A DNA stretch of 62,682 nt, counting the filler, from Welwitschia mirabilis (lineage: Eukaryota), in NCBI GenBank assembly GCA_051453625.1. It is 4 parts of one record of this genome, joined end to end, with 100 filler letters (N's around TTAATTAATTAA, not from the genome) between each part and the next. Parts side by side here need not be neighbours in the genome. Positions count along the whole stretch, not along the records: positions 1 to 19,618 come from JBOZIK010000001.1; 3 more parts are not named here. One strand, 5' to 3'. The notes beneath the pieces were generated by a model. That model searched no databases. It was not told where the DNA came from and saw nothing but the letters and a program-made list of their open reading frames with translations. The position numbers and the translations under genes were made by a program. This document shows, in pieces, positions 1-13,149 of the stretch (position 1 is its first letter; the number at the start of each line of letters is the position of its first letter).

Positions 1-2110
1 TTTGTTTTGTCATTTTTGTCCTCTTTTGTTTATGTTTAGAAATGCACTTCCATTAAGTAAAATCTATGTTATCAAGTTGGAAAAGAATCTCTTCACTACT
101 TAATGGCATGGGTTCTTATTCTTCTTTTACTTTACCATTAAAAGGCCTCTTCATTCATCTATACTTATGATTCTTATCAAGGAATCTTTTATGCCCTTGG
201 TAGAAATGTTTCCTACTATGAAGCAACAATAAAGAATTGATATTATAAGCACATGTGGGACATGCTAATCTCCCATTCATGCTCCATTCTGAGATGTTTC
301 CATATGCTAGAAAATCATTTATCATCTACAGTAGCATTGCTTTCATGGTAAAGAGCTCCTTTTTTAGTGTATCAAATGTTTTTACTCCCTCATACGATAG
401 TAGCTTCAATTCTTCAATAAGATGTTGAAGGTAAACATCAATATCTTTTTTGGGTTACTTAGGCTCCTGTATAAGTAAAGTCACATATGACCTTTTTATG
501 CATAGCTATGTTGGGAAGTTATAGACAACTATCATAACTGACCAACAACTATCAGAAGTGGAATCATCCCAAAAAGATTAAATCCATCTATTGCAATACC
601 GAGTCTTACATGTCTGGGTTCGAGCTTAAATTCATTGTATGATTCATTAATACTTTTGCATAAGATAGAATCTACTNNNNNNNNNNNNNNNNNNNNNNNN
701 NNNNNNNNNNNNNNNNNNNNNNNNNNNNNNNNNNNNNNNNNNNNNNNNNNNNNNNNNNNNNNNNNNNNNNNNNNNNNNNNNNNNNNNNNNNNNNNNNNNN
801 NNNNNNNNNNNNNNNNNNNNNNNNNNNNNNNNNNNNNNNNNNNNNNNNNNNNNNNNNNNNNNNNNNNNNNNNNNNNNNNNNNNNNNNNNNNNNNNNNNNN
901 NNNNNNNNNNNNNNNNNNNNNNNNNNNNNNNNNNNNNNNNNNNNNNNNNNNNNNNNNNNNNNNNNNNNNNNNNNNNNNNNNNNNNNNNNNNNNNNNNNNN
1001 NNNNNNNNNNNNNNNNNNNNNNNNNNNNNNNNNNNNNNNNNNNNNNNNNNNNNNNNNNNNNNNNNNNNNNNNNNNNNNNNNNNNNNNNNNNNNNNNNNNN
1101 NNNNNNNNNNNNNNNNNNNNNNNNNNNNNNNNNNNNNNNNNNNNNNNNNNNNNNNNNNNNNNNNNNNNNNNNNNNNNNNNNNNNNNNNNNNNNNNNNNNN
1201 NNNNNNNNNNNNNNNNNNNNNNNNNNNNNNNNNNNNNNNNNNNNNNNNNNNNNNNNNNNNNNNNNNNNNNNNNNNNNNNNNNNNNNNNNNNNNNNNNNNN
1301 NNNNNNNNNNNNNNNNNNNNNNNNNNNNNNNNNNNNNNNNNNNNNNNNNNNNNNNNNNNNNNNNNNNNNNNNNNNNNNNNNNNNNNNNNNNNNNNNNNNN
1401 NNNNNNNNNNNNNNNNNNNNNNNNNNNNNNNNNNNNNNNNNNNNNNNNNNNNNNNNNNNNNNNNNNNNNNNNNNNNNNNNNNNNNNNNNNNNNNNNNNNN
1501 NNNNNNNNNNNNNNNNNNNNNNNNNNNNNNNNNNNNNNNNNNNNNNNNTGTATTACCTTCTAGAAAAGAGTCATGTAAGAGATCAAGCAACATTGAAAAT
1601 GTTGAATTTGACCATCCATCCATTACTTTAATAGTAAGCAATTTGACAATCATAGAAAGCTTTATATATTTTGTGTAACCAGGGTATAATGGCTCCTTAC
1701 CTTCTTTGATTAACCTATTATATTCTGCATTTTTTACGTCACCACGGAAGTTATCAAAATTTTAGAAATCCATGGCATTTTTTTCCTTCATGTGATTGCT
1801 CCCCATCATTAAAGAACATAAAGGCCTCTTTTACCATGTAAACAGAATCAGCTTGTATTATATTTTTTCCACTACATTTCTCATAGTATTCTTCTGATGC
1901 TTCCCTATGCATAATCCACTTTATGTATGTAAGATCCATGCCTTTGCATAAAAGATGCTCAAAAACAATATTTGGTTGTCGATAAGAAGTGTTGCAACCT
2001 TTTAACATAGACAAAGTATGCCTTAAAAACTAAAAGAATTGTTAATCACAAAATCTATGAACTTTTGTATACCATTCTCATACTGCTTATATATCCTACA
2101 CATATTAATA
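1..2110 (-). pseudogene. Decayed TNP2/Transposase_21-type CACTA transposase (stops, frameshifts, N gap)
   Basis: Minus-strand translations QYENGIQKFIDFV, HLLCKGMDLTYIKWIMHRE (transposase-associated domain), VKLLTIKVMDGWSNSTFSMLLDLL and EFKLEPRHVRLGIAIDGFNLFG match the EPRNVRLGLATDGFNPFG signature region of En/Spm transposases. Confidence 0.85.
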
Positions 2111-2374
2111 TTAGACAAAAAAGCACATAATATTTTTGAAGTTATAGGAATAACTTTAAATGTAATTAGATACATGATATCTATTCATAAATATTTAGCC
2201 CTTATCCCTTGCATAAATGGATTTATTGAATGACGATAATGGATATAATGATGCCATTACATATTCCTATAATAGTCTCAACACAAGGTAAATTATCATA
2301 GATGAACATGACAAATGCATATTTATTTGCATTTCAATTAAATATATAGGAATAAATTAGTATCTAATAAATGT

Positions 2375-2704
2375 ATGGCCATAACATCAGTAGCTTGTCA
2401 AACAATTTGGTTGCGAAAGATTTTTGAAGACATGAAGCAAAAACAAGTGGAGGCAACAATCATCCATTGTAACAATCAGTCCACAATTGCAATGACAAAG
2501 AACCTAGTGTACCATAGCCATACAAGACATATTGAAACTCTGCATCATTTCATAAGAGAGCTAGCAGCAGGTGGAAGCATTAAAATGGTTTATTACAACA
2601 CAAATTAGCAACTTGCTGACCTATTTACAAAACCTATACCTTTAAAGAAATTTGTGTATTTGAGGAATACATTAGGTGTTAAAAATTTCTACATTAAGAA
2701 AGAG
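2375..2704 (+). pseudogene. Ty1/Copia RNase H C-terminal fragment inside the CACTA element
   Basis: ACQTIWLRKIFEDM...CNNQSTIAMTKNLVYHSHTRHIETLHHFIRE...*QLADLFTKP, followed by a purine-rich PPT-like tract (ttaagaaagag) near 2695-2704. Confidence 0.85.
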
Positions 2705-3985
2705 TATTAAAGATTAATTTGGAAACCAATATGAAGTCCTAATTTAGTCTATTTTAGTGCTATTGATTGTATCAAAGACTTATCTATTTCCTGGTTTTTA
2801 AGGTCTATAATTTGCAGAGTTTTATTAATAATATTTTTAAGTTAATAGTATATTTTTAATGTAATCATGTACAAAACTAGATACCAATAAGTTCAAATGT
2901 AAGGTTATTTGTTTGTGCAAAGACTTGAATACTAAGATCTAAGGAAGAATAAGGATATACACCTTCATACAAAATATTTCTTCTCTCTTGCTAATGTTTA
3001 TAGTTTTTGGGCATTACTGGTTGATTCCTAATTTATCAAATTTATGTTCTTCCTAGATGGTTCCTTTAGAAACCTGGAAATATTTATGCAAAGTTTGCTT
3101 GTCAAGTTGGACTTCACTTATTCTCTCTAAGTTTAGATGTTGTCTCACTGTTGTTGATGTTGGGTTGTCTTAAAGTAATTTTTTTTCAAATACTACTAAT
3201 TGGTCAATATTGTTCTATTGTTTGGTGATTTTGAGGATTAAAAACAATGACAAATGGATGCAAAGCATGATATGTTATGTAACTTTTGTTACACTTAGTA
3301 GAACAATAAACAATAAACAAAATAACAATGTGTCAGTCCTGGAAACATATCCTGCAATGTGTCAGTCCGGTATATGCACTCTGGTATCACTTGTAATATG
3401 AAAAAATAGTAGAACAATAAACAAAATAGCAACCAAAATAACATAGTGAGACATGGAGATGATAAGGTCTAATGCTTTTTAACCTATGTCGTTAGGACAA
3501 TAATGGAAAACTCTTATGTCTAATCATACTTGTCATGCCCTGTAACATTAGATTCTTCTACATTCTTGTGTTTCTTAGTGTTGTGTTTCACCCTGTTTTG
3601 GTTTTAGCTGCTGCAACTTCACATGTGATTGACTGGCCATTTCTAATTACTTAGTGCAGATTATTGCCTAGACCCCATAATATACTTTCTCTAGTTACCA
3701 CTAGATGACTGAGGCCTTCCACTAAGCAGTTATTCGATTACAGAGACTGACAGTTCTAAAATTCATGATAACCTAAACTGTTATATCATCTCAGCTAAAT
3801 TGTAGCATAGAATTATAATATAATTACTACTAGTTTGCTAGTGTTTTACAAAGCCTGTCATGTTTAAGAGATAGATTTATAAGTGAGAAGACATAGATGG
3901 ATGAATGGAGGGATGGTTTATTTCTCAGAAATAAAAAGGAAAATGAACTTAGTTATTTGCAGAGGGACTGCAAATGTTCACTTAC

Positions 3986-4099
3986 TAAAGCTCCAGTGTG
4001 GACAAATCCAGAAACTAGTGCATTCCAAAAAGCCAGATCCTTATCCTACAACTCTGCAAACAAACTCAAAGCATCTGCAATGTATCTGTTATGTAACTT
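3986..4099 (-). pseudogene. Pentatricopeptide repeat (PLS-class PPR) gene fragment
   Basis: Minus-strand frame reads RYIADALSLFAEL*DKDLAFWNALVSGFVHTG, matching the AxxLFxEMxxKDxxxWNALxSG PPR motif junction; internal TAG at 4046-4048. Not in the ORF track. Confidence 0.65.
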
Positions 4100-4810
4100 C
4101 TATGATTTTGAGGATTGTTGAGATGGTTAACATGGTCAGGCAAAAATGACACTTTGGGATGGAGGGTTTTGTTGGAAAAACTTCAATTACGAGAATCAAT
4201 TAGGTTAAAGAAAAAATCTTGATCTAGAACACAAATCAACAAAATTGACAAGACTTTATTGATGGGAGATGGTGTTAGAATCAATTGAGGATTAATGTTT
4301 TGACAAATGTAAATAACACGTCATAGGCTGGTCCACACTAAACAACAAAAGGTAATTTGCTGCCCCTTTCAAAAATCACATGAAGTAATTATTATAACCA
4401 TAATTATATATGCAATTTGAAAAGCAATTGAAATCTGTACATATGTTCAAAGCATTTTTAGATAATAGTGTGTATAAATAGAGTTCACAGAGCCATGACC
4501 AGACAATCAAAGGCCAAATCAATTAAACAGGTAATATATATCATGTGTTTTGTATAAACATCAAAAGCAAGTAAAATGAAACATACATCAATCATTCCAA
4601 TCAAATAATTATTTTGCCATAAATCAATGAAATCTTGGAGTTAATAACATTTATTAAATGTTAGGGAACATTTAATTGATAGGTATATGCTAATGAGATT
4701 ACTGTTGACATCATTACCATTCCATATTAATCTTATGTTTTTTGATTCCTTTTTTACTTCACCTTCAAAGTTTAACTTGACATCATTTTTTACCACGACT
4801 TTTCCTTCTA

Positions 4811-6111
4811 TCAAATAAGCAAAGTGCTACAGTGACATTTGTTTTTCATAGATTTGATTTTGGAGTTCCATGCAAATTTGAGAAGAAGTATACATCTTCT
4901 TGTTAAAAACTTGGTTCCATCGAGAAGGAGGTATGAGTAAGTGCCATTAGGCATTTTTCTTGATCTCAAAGTAAGTTGTAAGATGTTAGAAACTACATGT
5001 TTTAGAGTACTATGATACAACTATGTTTATAGATTGAAGTAATATAGAAGTAGGTTAAGTTGTTAACCGATATTATCTATAGCATAACTTTTACCTACAA
5101 TGTATGGGTGAAATATGCCTTGCTTTAATCTATTAAACTAGAAATTGCAATAATGGTATAATTTGAACCTATGTATATCACATGAAAAAGACTTCATGTT
5201 TTAAGTAAAAAAGACTTTATGTTTTACGTGAAACCATTAATAGTTCCATGTGATAGGCGATTAAGGTTAAAATTCAAAGTTAGAGTAGAGGGAGAGCATT
5301 GATCACTTTGTTGAATCAAATTACATGTGTATGTAAGTAGTTATAGGTGTGAGAAGAGTTTTCTAGTGAGACGGAATTAAAAAGTCATGTAATGTTAATG
5401 TTGGTAAGGGTTGCAAGAAAACCAAGATTCCTATACTACTACATAAGGATGTCGCCATATGTAAGGACATGGTTCTGAGGGAAGAGTGAAGAGTCAACGT
5501 AAGAAGTGGTCTAATGTTACAATCACGCAATACTAGTGAATTATTTAAAGCAATTTTCTCCATCAATCTTCATTTCTCTTAGACATCACATGCAACATGG
5601 TGCATAAGCGTGTTCATCTATGACAACAAGTGGTTCATTACTATTAACATTCTTTTCATAAAAAAATTGTCATCTATCAGCATGTATTCGGTGGTGCTCA
5701 TGCGTGAAAGACGGTCACTCGGATTTTATTCAGAACATCCTTATGTTAAAATGATTAGTGAAAAATGGCCATGGAATAAAACCATATGCATTTAATTGAC
5801 AATAAAATGTTTATAATAATAATACAAAGCATTTTATTGAAATAAGTAGTGACATATTTACACTCGAGCTGAAAGGAATGAAAAATCAGAATAAGATGGG
5901 GATTTTTTTGCCTTGCTTTGATGATAATATCGATCCATTTTGCAAATCATCCATTCAATAAAGTGGAAATGGAAATCCAATGGATGATGTGCTTTCTTCT
6001 AAAAAGCTAAGTTATTTATTCGTTCACAAAAACTTAAGTCCTGATGCTCCCTCCAGTCGGCATCTTCTTGATAATCTTTCTAACCAGAGAGCTTGACTTC
6101 TTGGAAGCCAT
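4811..6111 (-). pseudogene. Possible degraded F-box/LRR(FBD)-like gene fragment
   Basis: ATG at 6111 (7 nt after a ttgtag acceptor) gives MASKKSSSLVRKIIKKMPTGGSIRT, resembling an F-box helix; downstream SLVLRDCNIRPLLTLTLHSSLRTMSL resembles the LRR of plant F-box/LRR proteins. Many stops and frameshifts; resemblance only. Confidence 0.3.
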
Positions 6112-6787
6112 CTTTATTCTACAATAGGTATTTATAAATTGGTTTTCTAGCCATAAGACCTAACAATATTTATTATTTCTAGATTTTTTGTAATATCTGC
6201 TAAGAGTGTCATGTTTTACTACAACTACCAAAATCTTATTAAAATCACATAAAAAGGAAAAAAAAAAAAGGAAAAAGGCGAATAAAGGTTATACTTTTAA
6301 AAAAGTTCCCTAAGTTCTACTTTTGTCTGTACCCAATAATTGAAGTTCATCTTGAAGTAAAAAATCAGAGACTTAGCATAGATAATCTCAGATGCACACA
6401 CCTGTAAAACGACGTCTTCTGTGGACTGAAGATCAAAGACCTCTGTGGGCTAAAGATCAGGGTCGATTCTTGATACACAGAGCTAGTGCAGTGAATTTTT
6501 TAGCCTAGCCACATATCTCGCTTCCATTACCCATGCATCCTCTCTACAGCAAGTGTAGCATGGGTCCTCCGAGATCCAACAGATGCATCCTCTCTAAAAT
6601 GGGGTCCTCCGAGATCTAACAGACGAATGAAGACTTCACTTACACAGACCTAACCTTACTCTCTTTTTTTTTAACTGGTATTGAAAGCCAACTTGCCACC
6701 ATTTTGACAAAAATGTGTGTTATATTCCTTTAATCTTTTGCAAGGACGCGTGTGTGAACTTTTTTTTGTAAGTTTTTAACTTAGATA

Positions 6788-6981
6788 TTAAGGTGTTTAT
6801 TCCATTAATAAACGCCTTAAAATACTTTGTAAGGGCTTTTAGGGCATTTGTTTTAAAAAGTGCCTAAAAATATTATTAATGTTTTTATTCAAGGCGCTTA
6901 TTAAGATGAACACCTTAAAAATCCCTATAATTAAGGTGTTTATTCAAATAAACACTTTAAAAGCCTAATTTTCTTGTAGTG
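6788..6981. repeat. CACTA subterminal repeat cluster plus TIR
   Basis: About eight copies of a TAAGG(T/C)GTTT-like motif alternating in orientation (taaggtgtttatt, aaacgccttaaaa, aaggcgcttatt, aacaccttaaaa) next to the TIR. Confidence 0.8.
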
Positions 6982-7810
6982 ACCCCTATATCTTTCTATA
7001 AAAGGGCCTTGAACCCTTTATTGTATTCATCTTTTTGGTTGGCATACTTGGGAAAGACTTAAAGGCTTGAACGTCATGATGTTCTAATACTTTTTCTCAG
7101 AGACAGAATGCTCAAGGCTAGTTGAGGAGTTTTTCTTATTCTCCTCCTTCATTGATGTAATGTATTTCTTTTATTTTTAGTAAAGCATTGGTTTGAATCC
7201 TTTTTATTGTTAATGCACAATTTCAATTGGCATTAGCAATGTTTAGGTAGAACTAGTTTTTAAAGTAGGTCTTATTCTTTTATTGTTAATCCACAGTAAA
7301 ATGGTATTAGCATTCTTTAGATAAAGCTTGCTTAATTATTAATTTATTTCAAATGCATGAGTTGTCTAAAGTTACTTTTGTGATTTACAGTGCCTACTGT
7401 TTAATAGATCTTATGCACTTCGATTCATACTTTTCATGCTTAAAAGGGTTGTGAAGTAGCAAGAGGACTTGATAACTAATTGACACTTATGTGGTGGATG
7501 AAATTATGCCTCCACACCGAGCCTTAACAACTTGATTATTTAGTGTATGTTTCAGATATAGAAATTATTGAAGCAAAGAAGGAGAGATGGATGAATCACT
7601 GAATCCTTACAGCATTTCCATTCCCTTGCATTGCTAATTGAATATCACTTTCTTTCTCTCAACTTCTGATTTTCTTTTTTTTTGAGTTTTCATTACAAGA
7701 AGAATAGTCTTGTATCTTTTGGTTAATTTACGTTACAGGTCCCTATGGAAGAATAATACTAAGTGTTTCATTTAGTTTAAATCTAGACATTGTACTATAA
7801 TTAATATCAA
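6982..7810 (+). mobile_element. LTR-like non-coding sequence interrupted by the CACTA insertion
   Basis: TATA-like ctataaaagg just after the TIR and LTR-like composition; no partner LTR found, boundaries approximate. Confidence 0.25.
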
Positions 7811-8818
7811 CCAAGATCTTAAAGAAGCAATTGAAGTTCCCTTTACTAATAACCACCACTCTCAACATAGAAGAATGAATACAAAATTGTTTCAAATAAT
7901 CTTTTGTTAAATCATTTTTCATACAATCCAAACTCTTGTTAGAACTATAAATCCTTGAATCTTAACATCTATTGGAGACATAAAATAGTTCATTTCTTAG
8001 TTTTAAACACATGATACTAAGATTCCAATATTAACAAAGATTACATTGCATTTAGGAATACTAAATACTTAATATTTAATATTGTGTATACTAAATGATA
8101 GGATTATTTAGTATTAGATATAATACTACACTATCACTAGTATTATAAATATGAACTACAAAGTATAAAATAAAAAATAGAATAGGAACATGCCGTGGCT
8201 ACTCTTCGACTAAGTTTAACCCAAAATCATCTCATAGATAATGATTAAGAATCCTTGTCCTTGTTACTAAACATTATCTAATGATCACTGATTTCATCAT
8301 CACACCTATCAATTATCATTAACAACTTTTATTACATCAGATCCTCCATTTGGCAAAGATATAATATCACTGTCGACCTAAGGAGTCTGTAAAGGATTCT
8401 TGTCTACGTTTAAATCTATAATATCAATAAATGTTATAGGAAAGTTAATTTCCTATAATAAAACTCATTATGAATTCAAGCCTTAAGAGTTATCTCTTAT
8501 GTAATTCTATGTTGACGTTCATAACAACTAGATCATCCAACTTTTTAGAAGCATATGCTAAACCCAAAAAGAAGAATAAGAATGTAGAAATCATGACTAA
8601 GATAGGAAACATGATTAGTACTTTAAAGAAAAATCAAAGAAATTAAGGACTTAGGCATTTACCTCCTTGTTCATTTCTTCTTCACTTCTATTCTTACTTG
8701 AAAGCTTATAAATGACACATAAAAAGGATCTTGTTCCTTGTATTGGTCATGGGTATTTAACGTAAAAAATAGATGTAGTTTTAATATAGTCAATTCAAAT
8801 TAAGATGAACTTGAAGTG

Positions 8819-11800
8819 TGTCACATGCTATGAAACTTGCTATTAAGAAGCAGCTAAATACTTAATAAACATGACTTATTAATTAGATGAGGTATTTTGT
8901 TGTTAGTCAAAGAAATTAATATGAATAATTACATATTAATTATAACTTATGAATTGAGTAAGAAGTTGTAATTGTATAGTCAATGGACATGAAACTTTAA
9001 GAAAAGTTATGAATGTAACTTACAACCCTTAGTCAATGTCAAAAGGATGATCTACTTAGGGAATAGGGTAAAAAAGTTGATTGCAATCCTTGACAAAGCT
9101 AGCATGACCACCCAATGATCTTAGAGAAAAAACCTTAAAAGTAGAACATCTTAGTTAGTCCATCAAGCTAAAACACCTCCTTAACATTGGAAATTTGTGA
9201 TTTGAGAGTGAATTTTCCAAATTATCAAAGATAAGGCTTGTTTTTATATTTTATTCTATGTCTATTCTTACTTACACTAGCACTTGAATTCTTTCTCTTA
9301 TATATTACCATAAATAAACATACATACATTTCAAATTTGGAATTTGAAGATGTTGGAATGTCACAAATGGTGTTAAACCAAATAACCCAAAAAATTGTAA
9401 AAGGAAAAGAATGAAATAAAAATCTATAAAAATGATATCAAAGTCAAATGTATGATAAAAATAGAATTTAAGATGGGATCCATCATATTTCACTCCAAGT
9501 GATACTAATGTGAGCCTTGAAAAAAACTTTGAAGCAACACTTAGAATAGAGTTAGAAAAAGGTCCAAAAATCAACAGGAAGTGCTAGTGTTTTATGTCTG
9601 TGTCAACAAACGGTCTAGGATTCAATATTGAACATTAGTGTTTTGTTCAAAAGCTAGCAAAATATCCCAAAAATAATATGTTATATTAATGTTCTACTTC
9701 AAAGTTAGAAGAAAGTGCAAAAATCAATATAGGATGTTAATGTTCTATTTCAAGGTCAATAGAAAGTCTAGAAATCAATATAATGCATTATTATTCTAGA
9801 TCAAAGTTCATAAAAGATTTCAAAATCAATAGATGACACTTGTGTTCTATTCTTGAATTAGAAAAATGCCCACAAATCAATATAGATCACCAATGTTCTA
9901 TTCTTGATTTAGAAGAAGGTCAAAAAATCAATTTAGAATTCTAATGTTCTATTCCTATATCAACAGAAAGTCCAAAAATCAATCTAAAGCATTAATATTT
10001 TATTTCTAAATCAATCAAAGATCCAAAAAACAATATGGAATGTCAATGTTCTATTCTAGAGTCTGAAAAGGGTCCCAAAATCATTATAAAATGCAAGTAT
10101 TATGTTCTAGAATAAATAAAATATTTGAAAGTCAATAGAAGGCACTAGTGTTTTGTTCCTAAGTTTGCAAAAGATCTAGAGGTTAATATCAAGTGATAAT
10201 GTTCTTTATTAAATTTAGCAGAAGGACTGAGACTCATTTCTAGGCACTAGCATTCTATTTAGGACTAATTTGTTGTTTATAGAATTACTACAAAATGTTA
10301 CTATTCTATCTTGGGCTGGTCTATTACTTGTAGAATTACTGTGGGACACCAATAGTCTATCTAGGACTAATCTACTACCTAAAGGGTTATTCTAGGGCAT
10401 TGATCATCTATCTAGAACTAACTTGCTATCTATGAATCACTATATCACACTATTATTCCACCTAGAATTGCTCCAGTACATATGGAGTCATTATAGGATA
10501 CCAATATTCTATCCAAGACTAGTATGTTACCTATGGAGTTACTATAGGGCACTAATATTCTATTTATGATTAATCAACTACCTACAAAGTCACTATAGAA
10601 TGCCAATATTTTATTTAAGACTGATCCATTTCCTATAGAGTCACTATAGGATGCTAATATTCTATTTAGTATTAATTTATTACATGCTGAGTCACTATAA
10701 ATAACGAGTATTTTATCTACAATTGGATTATTTCTTATAGAATCAGTATAGGACATTATTAGTCTTCCTAAAAACTAATCTAATTAGTTATAAAGTCACT
10801 AGAGGTACCTATGTTATGTTTAGGATTAATCTATTACCTATAAAGTAACTATAGGATGTTAAGGTATTAGGGTTCTATCTAAACCTATTTTGATTATAAT
10901 GAAGGTTAAATGTCATGTTTAAAGGTATTTTAGTTAAGAAGTTATATTTATTAAAATTTTTTAACTAAAATAAAGGTAATGACTATTTAAGTTATTAATC
11001 ATTTTGTTAATTTGTGTTAATGAAATATTTTATAGTAGTAATAAGTTATGGCGGTGAGTAGTTTAACTAATTGTAATCATAAAAAAGATTTCTCAACCAA
11101 CTTAGTCATTATAAATAGGAAAGAAGGTATTTACTGATGAAAATGGAACATCAATAATGTGTACACTAGCATGTCATAAAAGATCACATGAATAACCACA
11201 TCCATCCTATGAAGTAAAGGATTGAGGAATACTATCACTAAAATCAAGCCAATTACATGGATGTTAAGATCTCTAAATAGTAAGTATATGAGAAGTTAGA
11301 CTTCATCTTGTGGATCTTATAAGAGAGCTATGAGGCAAACTATGTAATCCTTTCAAGTAGAAATTCCAAATTATTCCAAGCTAAAAATGAGAGGATTTGG
11401 AACATTAAACAATAATTTTCATAGGCCTTAACTAGATGTCAAATCCTAAAAGAGATTTAATAGTAAATTAGGGAATGTAAGGATCATATTCATAATTCAC
11501 ATGGGAAAGTGTAAAGCCAATTAAATAAAGAGTAATTCTTTTAAGAATATATCAAGAAAGATCAAGTCAATATCTATGCTAGTATTCCTAGGTATTTTGA
11601 AGAGGAATTAGAATGATTGTAACACATCAAAAATCATTTTTAATTTAAAAATGTTGAAAATGTGAATCATGATCAATATGCAACTATATTTTTACAGAAC
11701 ATCTAGCAACTTGGTGGAGCAATTTACGTGTGAAGGTGAATGGTTATGTCAAGTGAGAAAAATTCACAAGAATTCTAAAAGGAATTTGTCCTTCACTATT

Positions 11801-12525
11801 TTATCAAGGATAAGCAAATAAAGTCTAAGTATTTTCGATTATGAAAAAGAAGTATAGACAAGCATTGGGATAAATTCTAGAAATAAACTTTAAGTATTTT
11901 TGATTAGGAAAAAGAAGTCTAGACAAGCATTGAAATCAATTCTAGAAATTATCCAAATATTACCATTAAAAAACTCATAATAATTTGTGAATCACTTCAT
12001 GGCAACCTTACCGTTAAGATTGATGAATTTGATTTGTCAACTCTAACCCAAATCCCCATAAGAAGCATACAGAAAAACAAAGTACTATATATAGGTGGAG
12101 TAGTGGGTCTTAATTAATACTTAATTTATGAATAAGTCTACACCAATGAAAAACTAGCTTTCTAAGGACAAATAGTAGTCCCAAGAAGGGGATTCTTATC
12201 ACATGCAATAAACTTATTATTGAGAGGTGACTAAATGGTTACTTAATAATATGACTTAACTAAATAAATGAGACATTTCTTATGAGTCAAATGAGTGGAC
12301 ATTAATAATTATGTATTAATTATAACTTACTGATTAGATTAGAAGTTGTAACTATCTATTTAAAGGGCATGATCCTTTTAGAAAAGGTATGAATGTAACT
12401 TACAACCCTTAGTCAATATTAAAAGGATGACTTAGTTGGGTCATACAATGAAATAGTTTGATTCTAATCTTTGACAAACCTATCTTAGCCACTTACCTGT
12501 CTTAGAGAAAGTACCTTAAAAGTAG
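8819..12525 (+). mobile_element. Non-autonomous Gypsy-like LTR retrotransposon (gag remnant, no pol)
   Basis: Diverged direct repeats 8819-~9146 (starts TGTCACATGC) and 12197-~12525 (starts TATCACATGC) share blocks such as tatgaatgtaacttacaacccttagtcaat and ccttaaaagtaga; purine tract caagaagggga at 12182-12192 precedes the second; gag-like ATWWSN...EKFTRIL near 11700-11790. Confidence 0.65.
9585..10859 (+). repeat. Degenerate tandem array, 25 units of 51 bp in two subtypes
   Basis: Unit starts fall exactly 51 bp apart from 9585 to 10401; one 50-bp and one 52-bp unit follow. Type A (13 units, 9585-10247) core taatgttctatt...aaaatcaata; type B (12 units, 10248-10859) core aatattctat...gtcactatagg. 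Confidence 0.9.
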
Positions 12526-13149
12526 ATTTTTACACTTGAATTTTTATATATTTGACCTTTACACTTTAGCAGATTAATCTATTTTCAATATTATGAATAC
12601 CATATTTATAGTTAAATTATTATTAATCATGTTTTATTTATTAATTTATAAAATTGTTATGAAGAAGAGTTCACTTTTGCTATTTTATTTATAGGTCATC
12701 TTGAGCTCTTTAGCATTGAATGGAGCTTGTTTAATAAAAAGGGATTAGTGGAGCCATCTAAACCACTANNNNNNNNNNNNNNNNNNNNNNNNNNNNNNNN
12801 NNNNNNNNNNNNNNNNNNNNNNNNNNNNNNNNNNNNNNNNNNNNNNNNNNNNNNNNNNNNNNNNNNNNACTTTTGCTATTTTATTTATAGGTCATCTTGA
12901 GCTATTTAGCATTGAATGGAGCTTGTTTAATAAAAAGGGATTAGTGGAGCCATCTAAACCACTAGCACCATTAGAATTTTGGGGCTAAATAGGTGCTATG
13001 AAGGGTGGAAAGATAAACAAAAAATAAGCCAATAGGTTAACATAATAACCTAGTGCTAAACTAGTTTATAAAGATTACAGACTATATATTCATGTCCTAT
13101 TGCCAAAGGAGATTTGTTGCTAACCATTTGTTAATAAAAAGGATGTACT

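Larger units (their letters stand above)
1..6981 (-). mobile_element. CACTA (En/Spm) DNA transposon, 5' part; other end lies outside the window
   Basis: TTTTCTTGTAGTG at 6969-6981 is the reverse complement of the CACTACAAGAAAA terminal inverted repeat; a subterminal repeat cluster abuts it and a TNP2-type transposase remnant lies on the minus strand at 1-2110. Confidence 0.85.

Noticed and set aside
3883..4149. Plus-strand ORFs of 88 and 74 aa
   Set aside because: No recognisable motif; they are the antisense of the PPR fragment.
9585..10859. CRISPR-like array (conserved motif alternating with variable sequence)
   Set aside because: The variable parts are homologous between units, repeats are not identical, no cas genes are present and the context is a plant retrotransposon.
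12672..12966. ~97-bp direct repeat flanking a 100-N gap
   Set aside because: Near-identical contig-end overlap; assembly artefact.
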